NCBI GenBank assembly: GCA_017618175.1
Contig: JAFZUT010000006.1
Coordinates: 1-63,012, forward strand
DNA length: 63,012 bases
From: Alphaproteobacteria bacterium
GTDB taxonomy: Bacteria; Pseudomonadota; Alphaproteobacteria; Rs-D84
Direction: 5' to 3'
Positions within the stretch are counted from its first letter, which is position 1; each line of letters begins with the position of its first letter. The translations under genes were made by a program, and so were the position numbers. The notes below the pieces were generated by a model that saw only the letters and a list, made by a program, of their open reading frames with translations, made no database searches and had not been told where the DNA came from. Of this stretch, positions 31,201 to 41,272 are shown piece after piece.

Positions 31201-34009
31201 CGGATGCATCCAATACAATCAGTTTGATTGTTGATGCGGAATTGCGGGGAATGTAATTCAGGTCTGATTCAGATTTATAACCAATCAATTTGTTCAGGTT
31301 TGATACACGTGAATTCAAAATTGTCTGGATGCTTTTGCCATCGCCGGCTTCAAATCCATTTATGGCCAAATTCAATATGTATGTGCCAATTGGAATTTCG
31401 CGGTCAAATTTTACATCAACCGTGGCATTGCCGTTTTCATCCGTACGAACGTCCATTGGGTCAACGGTAAACGTTTGAACCGCACGTGCCGCACCACCGG
31501 ACATTCCCGTTTTGGAATTAAAGTTTGATGTGAATTTATAATCGCGATAATCATCAAATGTGAAATCAACGGGGCGCAATATCGCGTGCGCAGAAATACG
31601 GCGGTCGGTCGCGGGTGTCCCGTACAAATTATTCAGTGACACATTTGCCGTCAAATTGTCCGGTGAAACCCATCCGGATTCAGATGAATTATTAATTGCG
31701 GCGATAATTTTCATTGTGTCGGGAACAAATTCTTGGACATTAAAATTACCGGTACCGATTGTGTCTTGGATATGTCCGCGGCCGTTCAGGGTATAAATTG
31801 CGACTTCGTAACGCCCCAATGGTGCATCGGTTGTCAATTTATGCGTGATATCAATCATACCGTCACCCGTCAAAGATACCTTTTTATCCAAAATCGTGCG
31901 GCCACGTGGATCGGTAATTTCCAATTTGACCGGAATATCGGCCATTGGTGAAAAAGTTTTGTTTTCAATAATTGCGCCGATTGTCAATGTTTCGCCCGGA
32001 CGGTAAATACCACGGTCTGAAAATATGAACGATTTTAATGGTGTGTCCATCATTGCATATGTGCCACCTACATCAAATTTGGAATATTCGGCGGATTCGG
32101 CCATGTCGGCATAGTACGGAATAAAAGAAACATCGGCATCGCGTCGGGCAACAATCGCAACGGGTTCTTTTTCATTTCGGTATTCATCACTTGAAAATCT
32201 TGGGATTTCGGCACGCCCATCGGCATCGGTGACCCCCGCCCATATTGGATAACCGTTGCGCCCCAATACCGTTACATCAATTTCCGCCGCGGGTTTCCCA
32301 TTTGACAGGTTTGATACAAACACAACAGACGACCCATCAAGGTTTATCTTGCGAATAATGCCAAGGTTGGTCAGCAATATTAAACGCGCATCGCCATATT
32401 CGGCGGCATTTTTTGTCGCACCGGTTTTGATAATGAATATGCCGGTTTTATCGGTATATGTTCTGTCCAGGTACTCGCCAAGGTTTAATGCAGCATAATT
32501 TACGCGATTTTTTGCCGTGTCAGAAAACGGAATTTTCTTTTGAAATACGCTGGACATATCATAGGCATCGAAAATCCATGGTGCGCGAAATTCCAAATCA
32601 GAAAACAAGTTGTACGTTTGCGTAATAAGGTGGTTGATTGCGTTTGATTCAATCTTGTATAAATTTATATATGCCGCATCAACACCGCCACGTGCGACAA
32701 TTGCCAATTTTTTATCGCCCGCCAAAGACAACAATGCCCCGCCACCCATAATTTTGACACTGCATTCTGGATATGCCACAGGAATTACGCGGTTGATGCC
32801 ATTTTGGGTCGTAAATCCGTTTGCCGAATGTATATCGGGTTTGATTGTCACATACAAATACCTTGGCACCGTGTCGGAAACATCATAAGAAAACGCGTAT
32901 TGATATGTTCCCGCCGGATTCACAAAATGTGCACGTGTTAATTTTATTTTTTGGGATTTATTTATAACATCCGCCGTAATTTCATCGTTTGCCCAGGCGT
33001 GGGATTCATCGGTATTTTCATCGCTAACGGTATTGCGCGGCAAAAGGTACGCATCAATATATTTATCCCAATTTGTGCTTTCCGCCGCGGCCGCGGTCAT
33101 ATCTATTAAAATCAATTGTTGCGGGGTGCCGTATTTATCATCTGCGGTAATTGTCGATAAATTTGATATTTTGAAAAAATTGTCCGCAGAATCAATTATC
33201 GTATGTGCAGTGATTTTTTTGGTACGTGACAGACCGTCCGCATCATATATCCGGTTCAGTTTGAATCGCAGTGTGCGCGATTTATCGGTTATTTCAATTG
33301 GGTCGGTGCGAATAATTGCGGTGCGCATATATCGGTCTATTTTGACCTCAAAGTTTAATCGTTGCCCGCCAAGTCGCATTGAAACCTTGTCCGCAAAGTC
33401 ACGGGTTTGTATTGGATAATCAAAAGATATTACCGCAACACCAATAACCGCGCGATCACCACCCGGGGCCGGGTATATGTTAAAAAGATCGATTTTTGCG
33501 GTAATGGGCGCCGTTTTGAAAGATATGTGTCGTGTGTTGGGACGCACATCACGCGGGAATAATTTTTCACCAATCTTTACATTGAATTTTGTTTCGGCCG
33601 GCCAATCGGCATCGGGCGTGAACGCAATTTCGTACGGATTCACAAAAGACCATTTCCCGCGAATGGCGGGTGAAATCTTGATGTTTTGTGCCAATTCAGA
33701 TCGTGACATATTCGTGTTGAACGCGGGGGCGCCCGGTCCAGATACATAATCATATGAAATACGCAATGAATCCGCCGGTGCAATGTCGCGATTGTTATTC
33801 GTGTCCGGTGTATCATTTAATAAAACCGTTGACTTATCGTCTGTAAAGTGTGCCGCAATTGGTGCATTGACCGAAACATCCACCCGGGTAATTTGTGCAT
33901 TGTGTGATGAAATCCAATAGAAACCAAGGCCAAAGAAGACCGCGGCGGCGACAATAATCCCCAAAATTCGTATTATGCGGGACGTCCAAATGCCTGTTTT
34001 CTGCAACAT
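28286..34009 (-). CDS. Bacterial alpha-2-macroglobulin (YfhM-like)
   Basis: 1907 aa; SDRGIYRPGE motif, thioester CTEQ, QNGDGSFGMW and EIREDRV motifs. Confidence 0.92.
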   Translation of the reverse strand: MLQKTGIWTSRIIRILGIIVAAAVFFGLGFYWISSHNAQITRVDVSVNAPIAAHFTDDKSTVLLNDTPDTNNNRDIAPADSLRISYDYVSGPGAPAFNTNMSRSELAQNIKISPAIRGKWSFVNPYEIAFTPDADWPAETKFNVKIGEKLFPRDVRPNTRHISFKTAPITAKIDLFNIYPAPGGDRAVIGVAVISFDYPIQTRDFADKVSMRLGGQRLNFEVKIDRYMRTAIIRTDPIEITDKSRTLRFKLNRIYDADGLSRTKKITAHTIIDSADNFFKISNLSTITADDKYGTPQQLILIDMTAAAAESTNWDKYIDAYLLPRNTVSDENTDESHAWANDEITADVINKSQKIKLTRAHFVNPAGTYQYAFSYDVSDTVPRYLYVTIKPDIHSANGFTTQNGINRVIPVAYPECSVKIMGGGALLSLAGDKKLAIVARGGVDAAYINLYKIESNAINHLITQTYNLFSDLEFRAPWIFDAYDMSSVFQKKIPFSDTAKNRVNYAALNLGEYLDRTYTDKTGIFIIKTGATKNAAEYGDARLILLTNLGIIRKINLDGSSVVFVSNLSNGKPAAEIDVTVLGRNGYPIWAGVTDADGRAEIPRFSSDEYRNEKEPVAIVARRDADVSFIPYYADMAESAEYSKFDVGGTYAMMDTPLKSFIFSDRGIYRPGETLTIGAIIENKTFSPMADIPVKLEITDPRGRTILDKKVSLTGDGMIDITHKLTTDAPLGRYEVAIYTLNGRGHIQDTIGTGNFNVQEFVPDTMKIIAAINNSSESGWVSPDNLTANVSLNNLYGTPATDRRISAHAILRPVDFTFDDYRDYKFTSNFNSKTGMSGGAARAVQTFTVDPMDVRTDENGNATVDVKFDREIPIGTYILNLAINGFEAGDGKSIQTILNSRVSNLNKLIGYKSESDLNYIPRNSASTIKLIVLDASGDAVDADDITMKLIKRENLTSLLKDYDNHYKYQTTSHDVIIAQSQVSVSKSGSEIKLNTLNGGTYYVQLLDSNENILANIEYFVASNENTELREDSRAELQIKLDASAYKPGDTINIGVIAPYAGTGLITIERDRVYAHKWFSADTTASTQKITLPTDFEGTGYVNVSFVRDINSRDIFTTPYTYAVAPFSTSIDKHKINVKLETPKTVRDNKLPIEITTDTDARVMLFAVNTGILQVANYSIPNPLRHFFQKAALQVETYQILSLLLPEYNVLREVAKIGGSDFEGEFGGIDTPLTNPFGRKTLPPVAFYSGIINTTANTPKTITFDIPEYFNGGVSVYAVAAAPGRVGSADTDVRVQSPVIISVSAPLVVAPNDKFTVNTVISNLAGESGNAATARNDVIAGGKLMPIEKSSGLLNLPENTEKLWTFNVTAADTPGTGTLDVSSTLFDDKNHPIAARRTTHEMSVRPATLFRTDIKTGVLDSGKTNLRITDNNMYDAEYSNILYISKSLSILSRPMFMYLAHYEFDCTEQLVSRALPYAISPEDKLLGTNRADSTAIVNKAIQTLANRQNGDGSFGMWTDTGTSPNNETDPTTAYLTAYTMNFLTIARRGGFNVPQSMFARGIDFLRSYAGMRTTSMADAHAKAFTIYTLSLNDYVTTSYIDSLEEYMSENFKNWSDTVIGAYIAASYKMLKQTDKAFNLISKYKSGDDVYDGQFGGAVAADAMYTFIARNYFDMVPERATRNIQNYINRGDYDSFTAAAIFMGTANAPGPDALDGDKISVLAGDKKLDRVSNAGTVIVDIPRGTDKLRINCEICKSKNTAFYTIVTMGFPRIARSESNGIDISRDYYNADGEKVHSAEIGDILDVKITARTRGGTNHIGNAVITDLLPGGFIPISDSASGDMTHNEIREDRVLIYAPLSRTPTTFTYRVQLSVAGEFTVPPVAAMDMYNSEIRATTDTEKFTVSNAKD

Positions 34010-34257
34010 AGATAAATTCTCCGTTCCTGATGCTTTTTTTATATTAGAGTATAAATATTAAAACACAAGTTTTTTGTTTGGAAAAATGTCGTAACAAAAT
34101 GTTAAAAATCACTTGCTTTTTTTAATTTTTTGTCATATTATGCGGGCACGTGCCGAATGGTGCGAAGAACACAACCATCGTGGGAATTTCTGTCCGGGCG
34201 ACCGGTTTTATGCATCCCCAGATGGCGAGGATAACAACAGAAATAAAAGGATTTACT

Positions 34258-35115
34258 ATGGCATTGCCAACTTTTACTATGCAACAATTGATGGAGGCCG
34301 GCGTTCATTTTGGACACCACACCCGTCGTTGGAACCCGTTGATGACACCCTATGTTTATGGCGTCAAAGATAAAATTCATATTATCAATTTGAACAAAAC
34401 TGCACCGCTGCTGCATCGTGCATTGGTTGCGTTGGAGGCGATTGCCGCCGCCGGTGGCAAGGTTTTGTTTGTCGCAACCAAGCACCAGGCCAAAGATATC
34501 GTCAAAGATGCGGCCGAACGTTGTGGTCAATTCTATGTGAACAATCGTTGGTTGGGTGGTATGTTGACCAATTGGACAACCGTTTCACAATCTATTCGCC
34601 GTCTGAAAAAGATGGAGGCGGATATTGAAAATGCCAATAAATTGGGTCTGACCAAGAAAGAAGTCGGTGTTATGACCAAAGAAGTTGCGAAATTGCGCGA
34701 TATTTTCGGCGGTATTTTGGATATGCACGGTGTGCCCCAGGTTATGATTGTTATTGATGTTCCGCGTGAAATGAACGCGGTACGCGAAGCGAAAAACCTG
34801 GACATTCCAACAATTGCAATTTGTGATACGAATGCGAATCCGGAAATGGTTGATTATCCGGTTCCGGGTAATGATGACGCGGCGCGTGCAACACAACTGT
34901 ATTGCGATTTGTTCGTAGATGCGATTTTGTCCGGTATTGAAAAACGCCTGGGCGGCGCGGCCGGCAAGAAAGTCGAATCGAATATGATTGATGAACACGA
35001 TGCATTGGAAGAAGAAATGAAAGATAAAGAAGCCAAACAAAAATCCAAGGCTTCGGCGTCACGTGCCGAACGTCGTGAAAAATTGGCGGACAAGACAGAA
35101 AAAGCCGATAAATAA
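34258..35115 (+). CDS. rpsB: 30S ribosomal protein S2
   Basis: EAGVHFGH, RWLGGMLTN and PGNDDA motifs. Confidence 0.97.
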   Translation: MALPTFTMQQLMEAGVHFGHHTRRWNPLMTPYVYGVKDKIHIINLNKTAPLLHRALVALEAIAAAGGKVLFVATKHQAKDIVKDAAERCGQFYVNNRWLGGMLTNWTTVSQSIRRLKKMEADIENANKLGLTKKEVGVMTKEVAKLRDIFGGILDMHGVPQVMIVIDVPREMNAVREAKNLDIPTIAICDTNANPEMVDYPVPGNDDAARATQLYCDLFVDAILSGIEKRLGGAAGKKVESNMIDEHDALEEEMKDKEAKQKSKASASRAERREKLADKTEKADK

Positions 35116-35180
35116 TCTGTAATATAAATATGTGGGCGCGGTGGCGCGTCCACACAACAAATTTAGCAAAGGGGGAAATT

Positions 35181-36050
35181 ATGGCAGAAGTCACAGCGAA
35201 ATTGATTCAAGAACTGCGCGAAAAAACATCCGCAGGTATGATGGATTGCAAAAAGGCATTGATTGAAAATAATGGTGATATCCAGGCGGCGGCCGATTGG
35301 TTGCGCCAAAAAGGTATTGTCAAGGCGGCGTCCAAGGCCGGCCGCGTGGCGGCATCGGGTTTGGTGACCGTCGTAAAATGCGATAATATGGGTTGTGTCG
35401 TTGAATTGAACGCCGAAACAGACTTTGTTGCGAAAAACGACAAATTCCAAAAATTGGTTGCCGATGTTGCGAACAAGGCTTTGGAATTGTCCGGTGATTT
35501 TGACGCAACACTGGCCGCGGTCAAAGACGATATTGCATCCACAATCGCGACAATTGGTGAAAATATGAATCTGCGCCGTATTGCAAAAGTTTCAGGCCAA
35601 CATATTTTCAGTTATATTCACAATGCATTGGTTCCGGGCATGGGGCAAATTGGTGTTGCGGTCGCAATTGATGGTGATTCGGATAAAATTGCCGAAATCG
35701 GTCCAAAAATCGCGATGCACATTGCGGCGAACAAACCGGAATTTATGACCATTGCCGATGTTGATCCGGCGGCGGTTGAACGCGAGAAAAAAGTGTTCAT
35801 CGAATCTGGGGCAACGGCGGGCAAACCGGAAAACATCGTTGAAAAAATGGTGAACGGTCGTTTGCAGAAATACTATGCGGAATCGGTTTTGGAAGAACAA
35901 CCATTCGTTATGGACCCGTCCAAGACCGTTAAACAGGTTTTGAACGAAGCCGGCGGTAAATTGGCAGGATTTGCTTACTTTGTGTTGGGTGAAGGCATTG
36001 AAAAACGCAATGATAACCTGGCGGATGAAGTTGCAAATATGTTAAAGTAA
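35181..36050 (+). CDS. tsf: Elongation factor Ts
   Basis: AGMMDCKKAL and ETDFVA motifs; follows rpsB. Confidence 0.97.
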   Translation: MAEVTAKLIQELREKTSAGMMDCKKALIENNGDIQAAADWLRQKGIVKAASKAGRVAASGLVTVVKCDNMGCVVELNAETDFVAKNDKFQKLVADVANKALELSGDFDATLAAVKDDIASTIATIGENMNLRRIAKVSGQHIFSYIHNALVPGMGQIGVAVAIDGDSDKIAEIGPKIAMHIAANKPEFMTIADVDPAAVEREKKVFIESGATAGKPENIVEKMVNGRLQKYYAESVLEEQPFVMDPSKTVKQVLNEAGGKLAGFAYFVLGEGIEKRNDNLADEVANMLK

Positions 36051-36054
36051 GTGT

Positions 36055-36093
36055 TAGTGGTTAGTGAAAACCGGCGGGAAACCGCCGGTTTTT
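36055..36093 (+). terminator. Repeat-type hairpin terminator after tsf
   Basis: AAAACCGGCGG-GAAA-CCGCCGGTTTTT with the shared TAGTGGTTAGTG 5' extension. Confidence 0.8.
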
Positions 36094-36113
36094 ATTGCTT
36101 TTCATACAGTGCA

Positions 36114-36141
36114 CTTGAAATCACCTTTTTTATGACTATAT
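36114..36141 (+). promoter_or_regulatory. Possible RpoH (sigma-32) promoter of groESL
   Basis: CTTGAA...CTATAT resembles the alphaproteobacterial RpoH consensus; no CIRCE seen. Confidence 0.45.
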
Positions 36142-36182
36142 TTTTGACAACGACATAGTATATGTATATAAAAGGAGTTATT

Positions 36183-36470
36183 ATGTTAAAACCATTAAAT
36201 AACTATGTTTTAATCCAACGAATTGAAGAAGAAAATAAAACCGCCGGCGGAATTATCATTCCCGACACGGCACGCGAAAAACCATCACGCGGTCGCGTTA
36301 TTGCGGTTGGTGATGGCGTATTTGAAAACGGCAATCGTGTCCCAATGACTGTAAAAGTCGGCAATACTGTACTGTTCGCAAAATGGGCATCGTCTGCAAA
36401 CGATGTCAAAATTGATGGTGCGGATTATGTTCTTATCAAAGAATCCGATATATTGGGTATTTTAGAATAA
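36183..36470 (+). CDS. groES: Co-chaperonin GroES
   Basis: KPL..KTAGGIIIPDTAREKP motif. Confidence 0.96.
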   Translation: MLKPLNNYVLIQRIEEENKTAGGIIIPDTAREKPSRGRVIAVGDGVFENGNRVPMTVKVGNTVLFAKWASSANDVKIDGADYVLIKESDILGILE

Positions 36471-36482
36471 AAGGAAAGAATT

Positions 36483-38102
36483 ATGGCAAAAGAGATTATT
36501 TTCGATACAGATAAATTGGCGGCCGGTGTTGATAAACTGGCCAATGCGGTAAAAATCACTATGGGACCCAAGGGTCGTACGGTTGTAATCGATAAATCAT
36601 ATGGCGCGCCGGTCGCAACCAAAGACGGTGTCACGGTGGCCAAGGCCGTGTCTTTAAAGGACCCAACGGAAAACATTGGCGCCCGCATGATTCAAGAAGT
36701 TGCGAAAAAGGCCGGTGATGATGCCGGTGACGGCACAACAACCGCGACCGTTTTGGCGCAAAAGATTTTCCGTGAAGGTCGTCGTGTTATTGCCGCGGGT
36801 ATGAACCCAATGGATGTTAAGCGCGGAATCGACATTGCAACATCTGCGGTTGTGGCCGATATCGAATCGCACGCCCGCCCGGTTAAAAACAGTTCTGAAA
36901 TTGCCCAGGTCGCAACTATTTCGGCAAATGGCGACAGTGACATCGGTAAAAAAATCGCAGACGCAATGGAAAAGGTGGGCAAAGAAGGTGTCATCACCGT
37001 TGAAGAAGCCAAAGGTTTGGAAACAGAAATCGATGTTGTTGAAGGTATGCAATTTGACCAAGGCTTTATGTCACCATATTTTGTCAGCAACAGCGAAAAA
37101 ATGCTGGCGGAATTGGATGGTGCGGCGGTCTTGGTTTCCGAAAAGAAAATCACGGGGCTCCAGGCATTATTGCCAATTTTGGAACCCGTTGCTCAACAAG
37201 GTCGCCCATTGTTAATTATCGCCGAAGACGTTGAATCCGAAGCATTGGCGACATTGGTTTTGAACCGTCTGCGCGGTGGATTAAAGGTATGCGCGGTCAA
37301 AGCCCCGGGTTTTGGCGATCGTCGCAAGGCAATGTTGCAAGACATCGCGATTGTGACCGGCGCAACCGTTATATCGGACGATATGGGTATGACATTTGAT
37401 AATATCACGCCGGCGGTTTTGGGTTCGGCCAAACGCGTTGTGGTTGACAAATCCACTACATTAATTGTTGGCGGCGCCGGCGACAAAGGCGCAATTGCCG
37501 CACGTGCCGATGAAATTCGTAAACAAATCAAAGAAACAACCAGTGACTATGACCGCGAAAAATTGGCGGAACGTTTGGCCAAATTAGTCGGCGGTGTCGC
37601 GGTTATCCATGTCGGCGGTATGACCGAAGTTGAAGTCAAAGAAAAGAAAGATCGCGTAGATGATGCATTGGCGGCAACCCGCGCCGCGGTCGCGGACGGA
37701 ATTGTTGCCGGCGGCGGTGTCGCATTGGTCCGCGCGGTTGCCGCATTGGCCAAGGCCAAGGGCGAAAACACCGACCAAAATGTTGGTATCGATATTGTCC
37801 GTCGCGCAATTGTCGCACCGTGCGCGCAAATTGCCGAAAACGCGGGCACATCTGGCGAAATTGTCGTGGGCAAAGTTTCTGAATCCAAAGATTACAATTT
37901 TGGATACGATGCCCAAACAGACGAATATGTTGATATGATGAAGGCCGGAATTATCGACCCGGCCAAGGTGGTTAAAACCGCAATTATGGCGGCGGCATCA
38001 ACCGCGGGCGTGTTGCTAACCACCGGTGCGGTTATGACGGAAATTCCCGAAGAAAAATCAACCGCCCCACAAATGCCGGGTGGTATGCCGGGAATGATGT
38101 AA
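36483..38102 (+). CDS. groEL: Chaperonin GroEL
   Basis: TKDGVTVA and GDGTTTA motifs, GGM tail. Confidence 0.98.
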   Translation: MAKEIIFDTDKLAAGVDKLANAVKITMGPKGRTVVIDKSYGAPVATKDGVTVAKAVSLKDPTENIGARMIQEVAKKAGDDAGDGTTTATVLAQKIFREGRRVIAAGMNPMDVKRGIDIATSAVVADIESHARPVKNSSEIAQVATISANGDSDIGKKIADAMEKVGKEGVITVEEAKGLETEIDVVEGMQFDQGFMSPYFVSNSEKMLAELDGAAVLVSEKKITGLQALLPILEPVAQQGRPLLIIAEDVESEALATLVLNRLRGGLKVCAVKAPGFGDRRKAMLQDIAIVTGATVISDDMGMTFDNITPAVLGSAKRVVVDKSTTLIVGGAGDKGAIAARADEIRKQIKETTSDYDREKLAERLAKLVGGVAVIHVGGMTEVEVKEKKDRVDDALAATRAAVADGIVAGGGVALVRAVAALAKAKGENTDQNVGIDIVRRAIVAPCAQIAENAGTSGEIVVGKVSESKDYNFGYDAQTDEYVDMMKAGIIDPAKVVKTAIMAAASTAGVLLTTGAVMTEIPEEKSTAPQMPGGMPGMM

Positions 38103-38115
38103 AATATCTGTTATT

Positions 38116-38143
38116 AAAAAACGCCCCGTCCGGGGCGTTTTTT
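38116..38143. terminator. Bidirectional intrinsic terminator
   Basis: AAAAAACGCCCCG-TC-CGGGGCGTTTTTT between convergent genes. Confidence 0.8.
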
Positions 38144-38864
38144 AATTAAAATCTATATCCAAATTTTCAAAGTCAGTATGACCCGCACCGGGAATTTCAA
38201 CAATTTGGTCGGTTGGCCAAAATTTGCGTGATAATTCCGGCGGCACCACGCGGTCGCGCGCGCCGACATAATGAATCGCCGGCACATCGGGTAATTCTTC
38301 TAAATCCAAAGATTTGGTCAATGGGCTGTCGCCAAAATGTTTTGTCCACGCCGTATGATTCGGTACACCGGCAATCGTCACCCATTTTTTTACCTGAATT
38401 TCCGGATGACGATTTATAATCAGGCCCGAAATCAATCCGCCACCCGAATACCCAATCAATATAACCGGCCGCCGACCGGCAATACCTTTAATCGCCGCCG
38501 CCATTGAATCAACAACGCGCGCAGAAAAACGTCCATCGGTCCAATCGGATTCACTGCACGCCGGTGACATTATAAACTGGCACGGGCGCGCAACATATGC
38601 CACATTTGCCCACAAATCCCGCACCGCCAATTTACGCATCATTTTTCCGCGTGGCGTTGGGTCACGGGTTGGCGTCCCATATGCATTGAACGCATGGCCA
38701 TCACCTTCGATATAAATATGAACCGGCGCATTTTTGTCAGTTATTTTTTGATATGTCGCAATTTCATATTCGCCCGCCGCAACGCCCCGACACTCAAAAT
38801 CATCTGGCGACACCCACGCACCGGTACACCCCACCAACAATAAAAACACCAATAATAAGCGCAT
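38142..38864 (-). CDS. Alpha/beta hydrolase lipoprotein
   Basis: Lipobox LVGC, YIEGDG, GYSGG nucleophile elbow, D and H of a catalytic triad. Confidence 0.85.
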   Translation of the reverse strand: MRLLLVFLLLVGCTGAWVSPDDFECRGVAAGEYEIATYQKITDKNAPVHIYIEGDGHAFNAYGTPTRDPTPRGKMMRKLAVRDLWANVAYVARPCQFIMSPACSESDWTDGRFSARVVDSMAAAIKGIAGRRPVILIGYSGGGLISGLIINRHPEIQVKKWVTIAGVPNHTAWTKHFGDSPLTKSLDLEELPDVPAIHYVGARDRVVPPELSRKFWPTDQIVEIPGAGHTDFENLDIDFN

Positions 38865-38967
38865 ACGTATATCTTACACCAAATTCAAAATTAAAAAAAT
38901 GATAAAAATATTTGACAAATGCTTTTTTTAGGCTATATTTAAGAACAAACAACCAAAAGGGTAGAGT

Positions 38968-39771
38968 ATGTTTGATAAATTAAGAATGAAATTTGCCGCA
39001 AAACGTATGCAACGCGAATCGGATTATGCGTGGATTGCCAAGAATGTTATCGCGCGCGAAAACCCATTTATGACCGTGATTTCATGGCCTTTCCGTATGA
39101 TTGGTCGTGCATTCCGTTGGATTTTTGATTGCATAACGGCAATTTTATCATGGATTTGGGATTTATTGGTATGGGTATTGCGCACCATTTGGGTATGGTT
39201 GTGCGGTATCAATTTGATTGGGTTGATAAACCTGGCTTTGCTGATTGCGATAATTGTTTTGTGTGCAATGTTGGTCATCAGCATGGTGAACTGCAAAAAA
39301 CCGATTGTTGTCAACACCGCATCTGCAAACAAAGTTACGGTCGAGGCAACACAAAAAGTCGAAAGCGCCGATACGACGGACAACAAAAATATTCCGTTGC
39401 CGATTCGCCGTGATGCGCGTGGTGATATGCAAAAGCCAATAAACGTTGTCCCGGCAAAACCATGCGACAATCCTGCGCTGCGTCCCCAAGGTGATGGCCG
39501 CATCTATGGCGACGTTATCATCGAATCGCGCGGCGAAAGAATTATGTTGCGTAACGGTACGCGCATTCGTGGGAATTTATACCTGCAACGTATGCACAAA
39601 TATGTTTTGCCGTGCAATGTTGTTGTCGAAGGGAATGTGTTCTTGCGTGATGTAAATTTGTTACAATTCTGCGGACCATTTACCGTCACCGGAAATATTT
39701 ACGTCAGCCCGCGTTCGTCATTTGGTCCAATTCCATATAACGCGCGTTTGGGTGGCCAGATAATTTTATAA
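38968..39771 (+). CDS. Hypothetical membrane protein with C-terminal G[ND]-x-Y/F beta-helix-like repeats
   Basis: TM helices; IYGDVI/IRGNLY/VEGNVF/VTGNIY repeats. Confidence 0.65.
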   Translation: MFDKLRMKFAAKRMQRESDYAWIAKNVIARENPFMTVISWPFRMIGRAFRWIFDCITAILSWIWDLLVWVLRTIWVWLCGINLIGLINLALLIAIIVLCAMLVISMVNCKKPIVVNTASANKVTVEATQKVESADTTDNKNIPLPIRRDARGDMQKPINVVPAKPCDNPALRPQGDGRIYGDVIIESRGERIMLRNGTRIRGNLYLQRMHKYVLPCNVVVEGNVFLRDVNLLQFCGPFTVTGNIYVSPRSSFGPIPYNARLGGQIIL

Positions 39772-39877
39772 ATCTATAAAATATCCAAAAAAACGAATCG
39801 CCAGACACCTGGCGATTTGTTTTTACATTTATAACTATTTATGATATAATAGACGCATAAAACAAAAGGAATGAAAT

Positions 39878-40093
39878 ATGAAAACACTTGAAAAAATTTT
39901 ATCTGTATTGGCGAAAAATTTGGGTTATACGGTCGTATTGGTTTTGGCAATCATACTGTTTGCGATGTTCTCGGACGGGTTAATCAGTGGTATTATCACC
40001 GCAATATCTGCACTGTTGGGATACGCATGCATTATGGCATTGTATAACGAATTCAAAAAAGAACCCGCCAAGAAAACAACCAAAAAGAAATAA
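39878..40093 (+). CDS. Small membrane protein
   Basis: AAGGA RBS, two TM helices, basic tail. Confidence 0.65.
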   Translation: MKTLEKILSVLAKNLGYTVVLVLAIILFAMFSDGLISGIITAISALLGYACIMALYNEFKKEPAKKTTKKK

Positions 40094-40120
40094 ACAAAAA
40101 TCCGCCAAATGGCGGATTTT

Positions 40121-41062
40121 TTAATTCTTGTTCCACAACCAACAATTTGCATCGGTGTGAGTTGCATCATATGTTGTTGTACCATCCGGCCACCCGGCAC
40201 AGGTCATTTTCGCCTGGGCATATGTGGTGACACCGGCCATTGTTGGTATTTTCGCGGAATCATTTGTCGCATTGTACGCCGCCGCACCGGTATATGTCGC
40301 AACCGAACCACCAACCACACCATTTGAATTATATGTGACAACATTACCCGCCGTCCCGGTCGGCAGTGTCACCTGGTTATTACTAATCGCCGCCATAACC
40401 GCACCCATTGTGGGAATGGAAATTTTTTGAATTGCCTTTTGATTGGCCGTTAAATTTGATGCTTGGTAATTTGGTACATCACTTTCCTCGATTATCTTAC
40501 GTTCACCAACAACATTGTCCATACCCGTTCGAGTAGCGATACCTGTTCCTTTGACACGAATATTCAAATAGTCAAACGTGCTCCCCCCGGATCCTTCCGT
40601 ATAAGCATTTGTAACTCCAGAACCATTAATTTCTCCATAACCAGATTTTGGAATCCTATTTTGCAAATAATTATTCATATTGTCCCAAATTAATCGTGTT
40701 TCGTTTGCCACGGCACGAACCGTCGGTATCATTTTATCTGTGATTGTGGTACTCAATACTTCTACGCTATCGCTAAAACCCCACAACCCATCACCGTCAC
40801 TTACGATACCAGCAATTTCATTGTTCACAATACCGTATTCATCCCCAACCAATCCATTTGTTGTGTCGTATGAAACAACGGTGGGGATTTCAAAATCATC
40901 TCCATAGGCACTAAATTCCATAGTGTCCGCATTGATTAAATCTTGTTTCAATGCATCTTGGGCATCAACGTAACCCCGTGAAGTCACGGTTGATGATGTT
41001 GCGTATGCATTGATTGATAAAACGGATGCAATTGCACCGATGCTAAGAATTGAAATCCTCAT
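40121..41062 (-). CDS. Secreted protein, family member 5 (long form, MRISIL type)
   Basis: Likely start at 41062; conserved N-terminus; ends in TCAGW..CWLW. Confidence 0.85.
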   Translation of the reverse strand: MRISILSIGAIASVLSINAYATSSTVTSRGYVDAQDALKQDLINADTMEFSAYGDDFEIPTVVSYDTTNGLVGDEYGIVNNEIAGIVSDGDGLWGFSDSVEVLSTTITDKMIPTVRAVANETRLIWDNMNNYLQNRIPKSGYGEINGSGVTNAYTEGSGGSTFDYLNIRVKGTGIATRTGMDNVVGERKIIEESDVPNYQASNLTANQKAIQKISIPTMGAVMAAISNNQVTLPTGTAGNVVTYNSNGVVGGSVATYTGAAAYNATNDSAKIPTMAGVTTYAQAKMTCAGWPDGTTTYDATHTDANCWLWNKN

Positions 41063-41114
41063 ATTGTCCCTTCCTTTGTTATGCTTGTTTGGTATGTTTA
41101 TATGGTAACAAAAA

Positions 41115-41206
41115 GGTACCTTTTTTTGACCACCCTGCAAGATTTTGTAAGTCATTGATTTTACTGAATCGCACTTTCTAAAAAAAGTGATGGACAAAAA
41201 GGTACC
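41115..41206. promoter_or_regulatory. Putative invertible promoter segment, type A (locus 4; predicted OFF)
   Basis: GGTACC at 41115 and 41201. The interior is the reverse complement of 6098-6177 while the gene-proximal leader is nearly identical. Confidence 0.75.
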
Positions 41207-41229
41207 TTTTTTTTGACCAGTTTGTACAC

Positions 41230-41257
41230 AAAAACCGGCGGAAATCCGCCGGTTTTT
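41230..41257 (-). terminator. Intrinsic terminator after clpB, upstream of the switch
   Basis: AAAAACCGGCGG-AAAT-CCGCCGGTTTTT. Confidence 0.75.
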
Positions 41258-41272
41258 AATAATCGCCAATCA

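Noticed and set aside
36094-36182. CIRCE operator upstream of groESL
   Set aside because: No TTAGCACTC-N9-GAGTGCTAA found.
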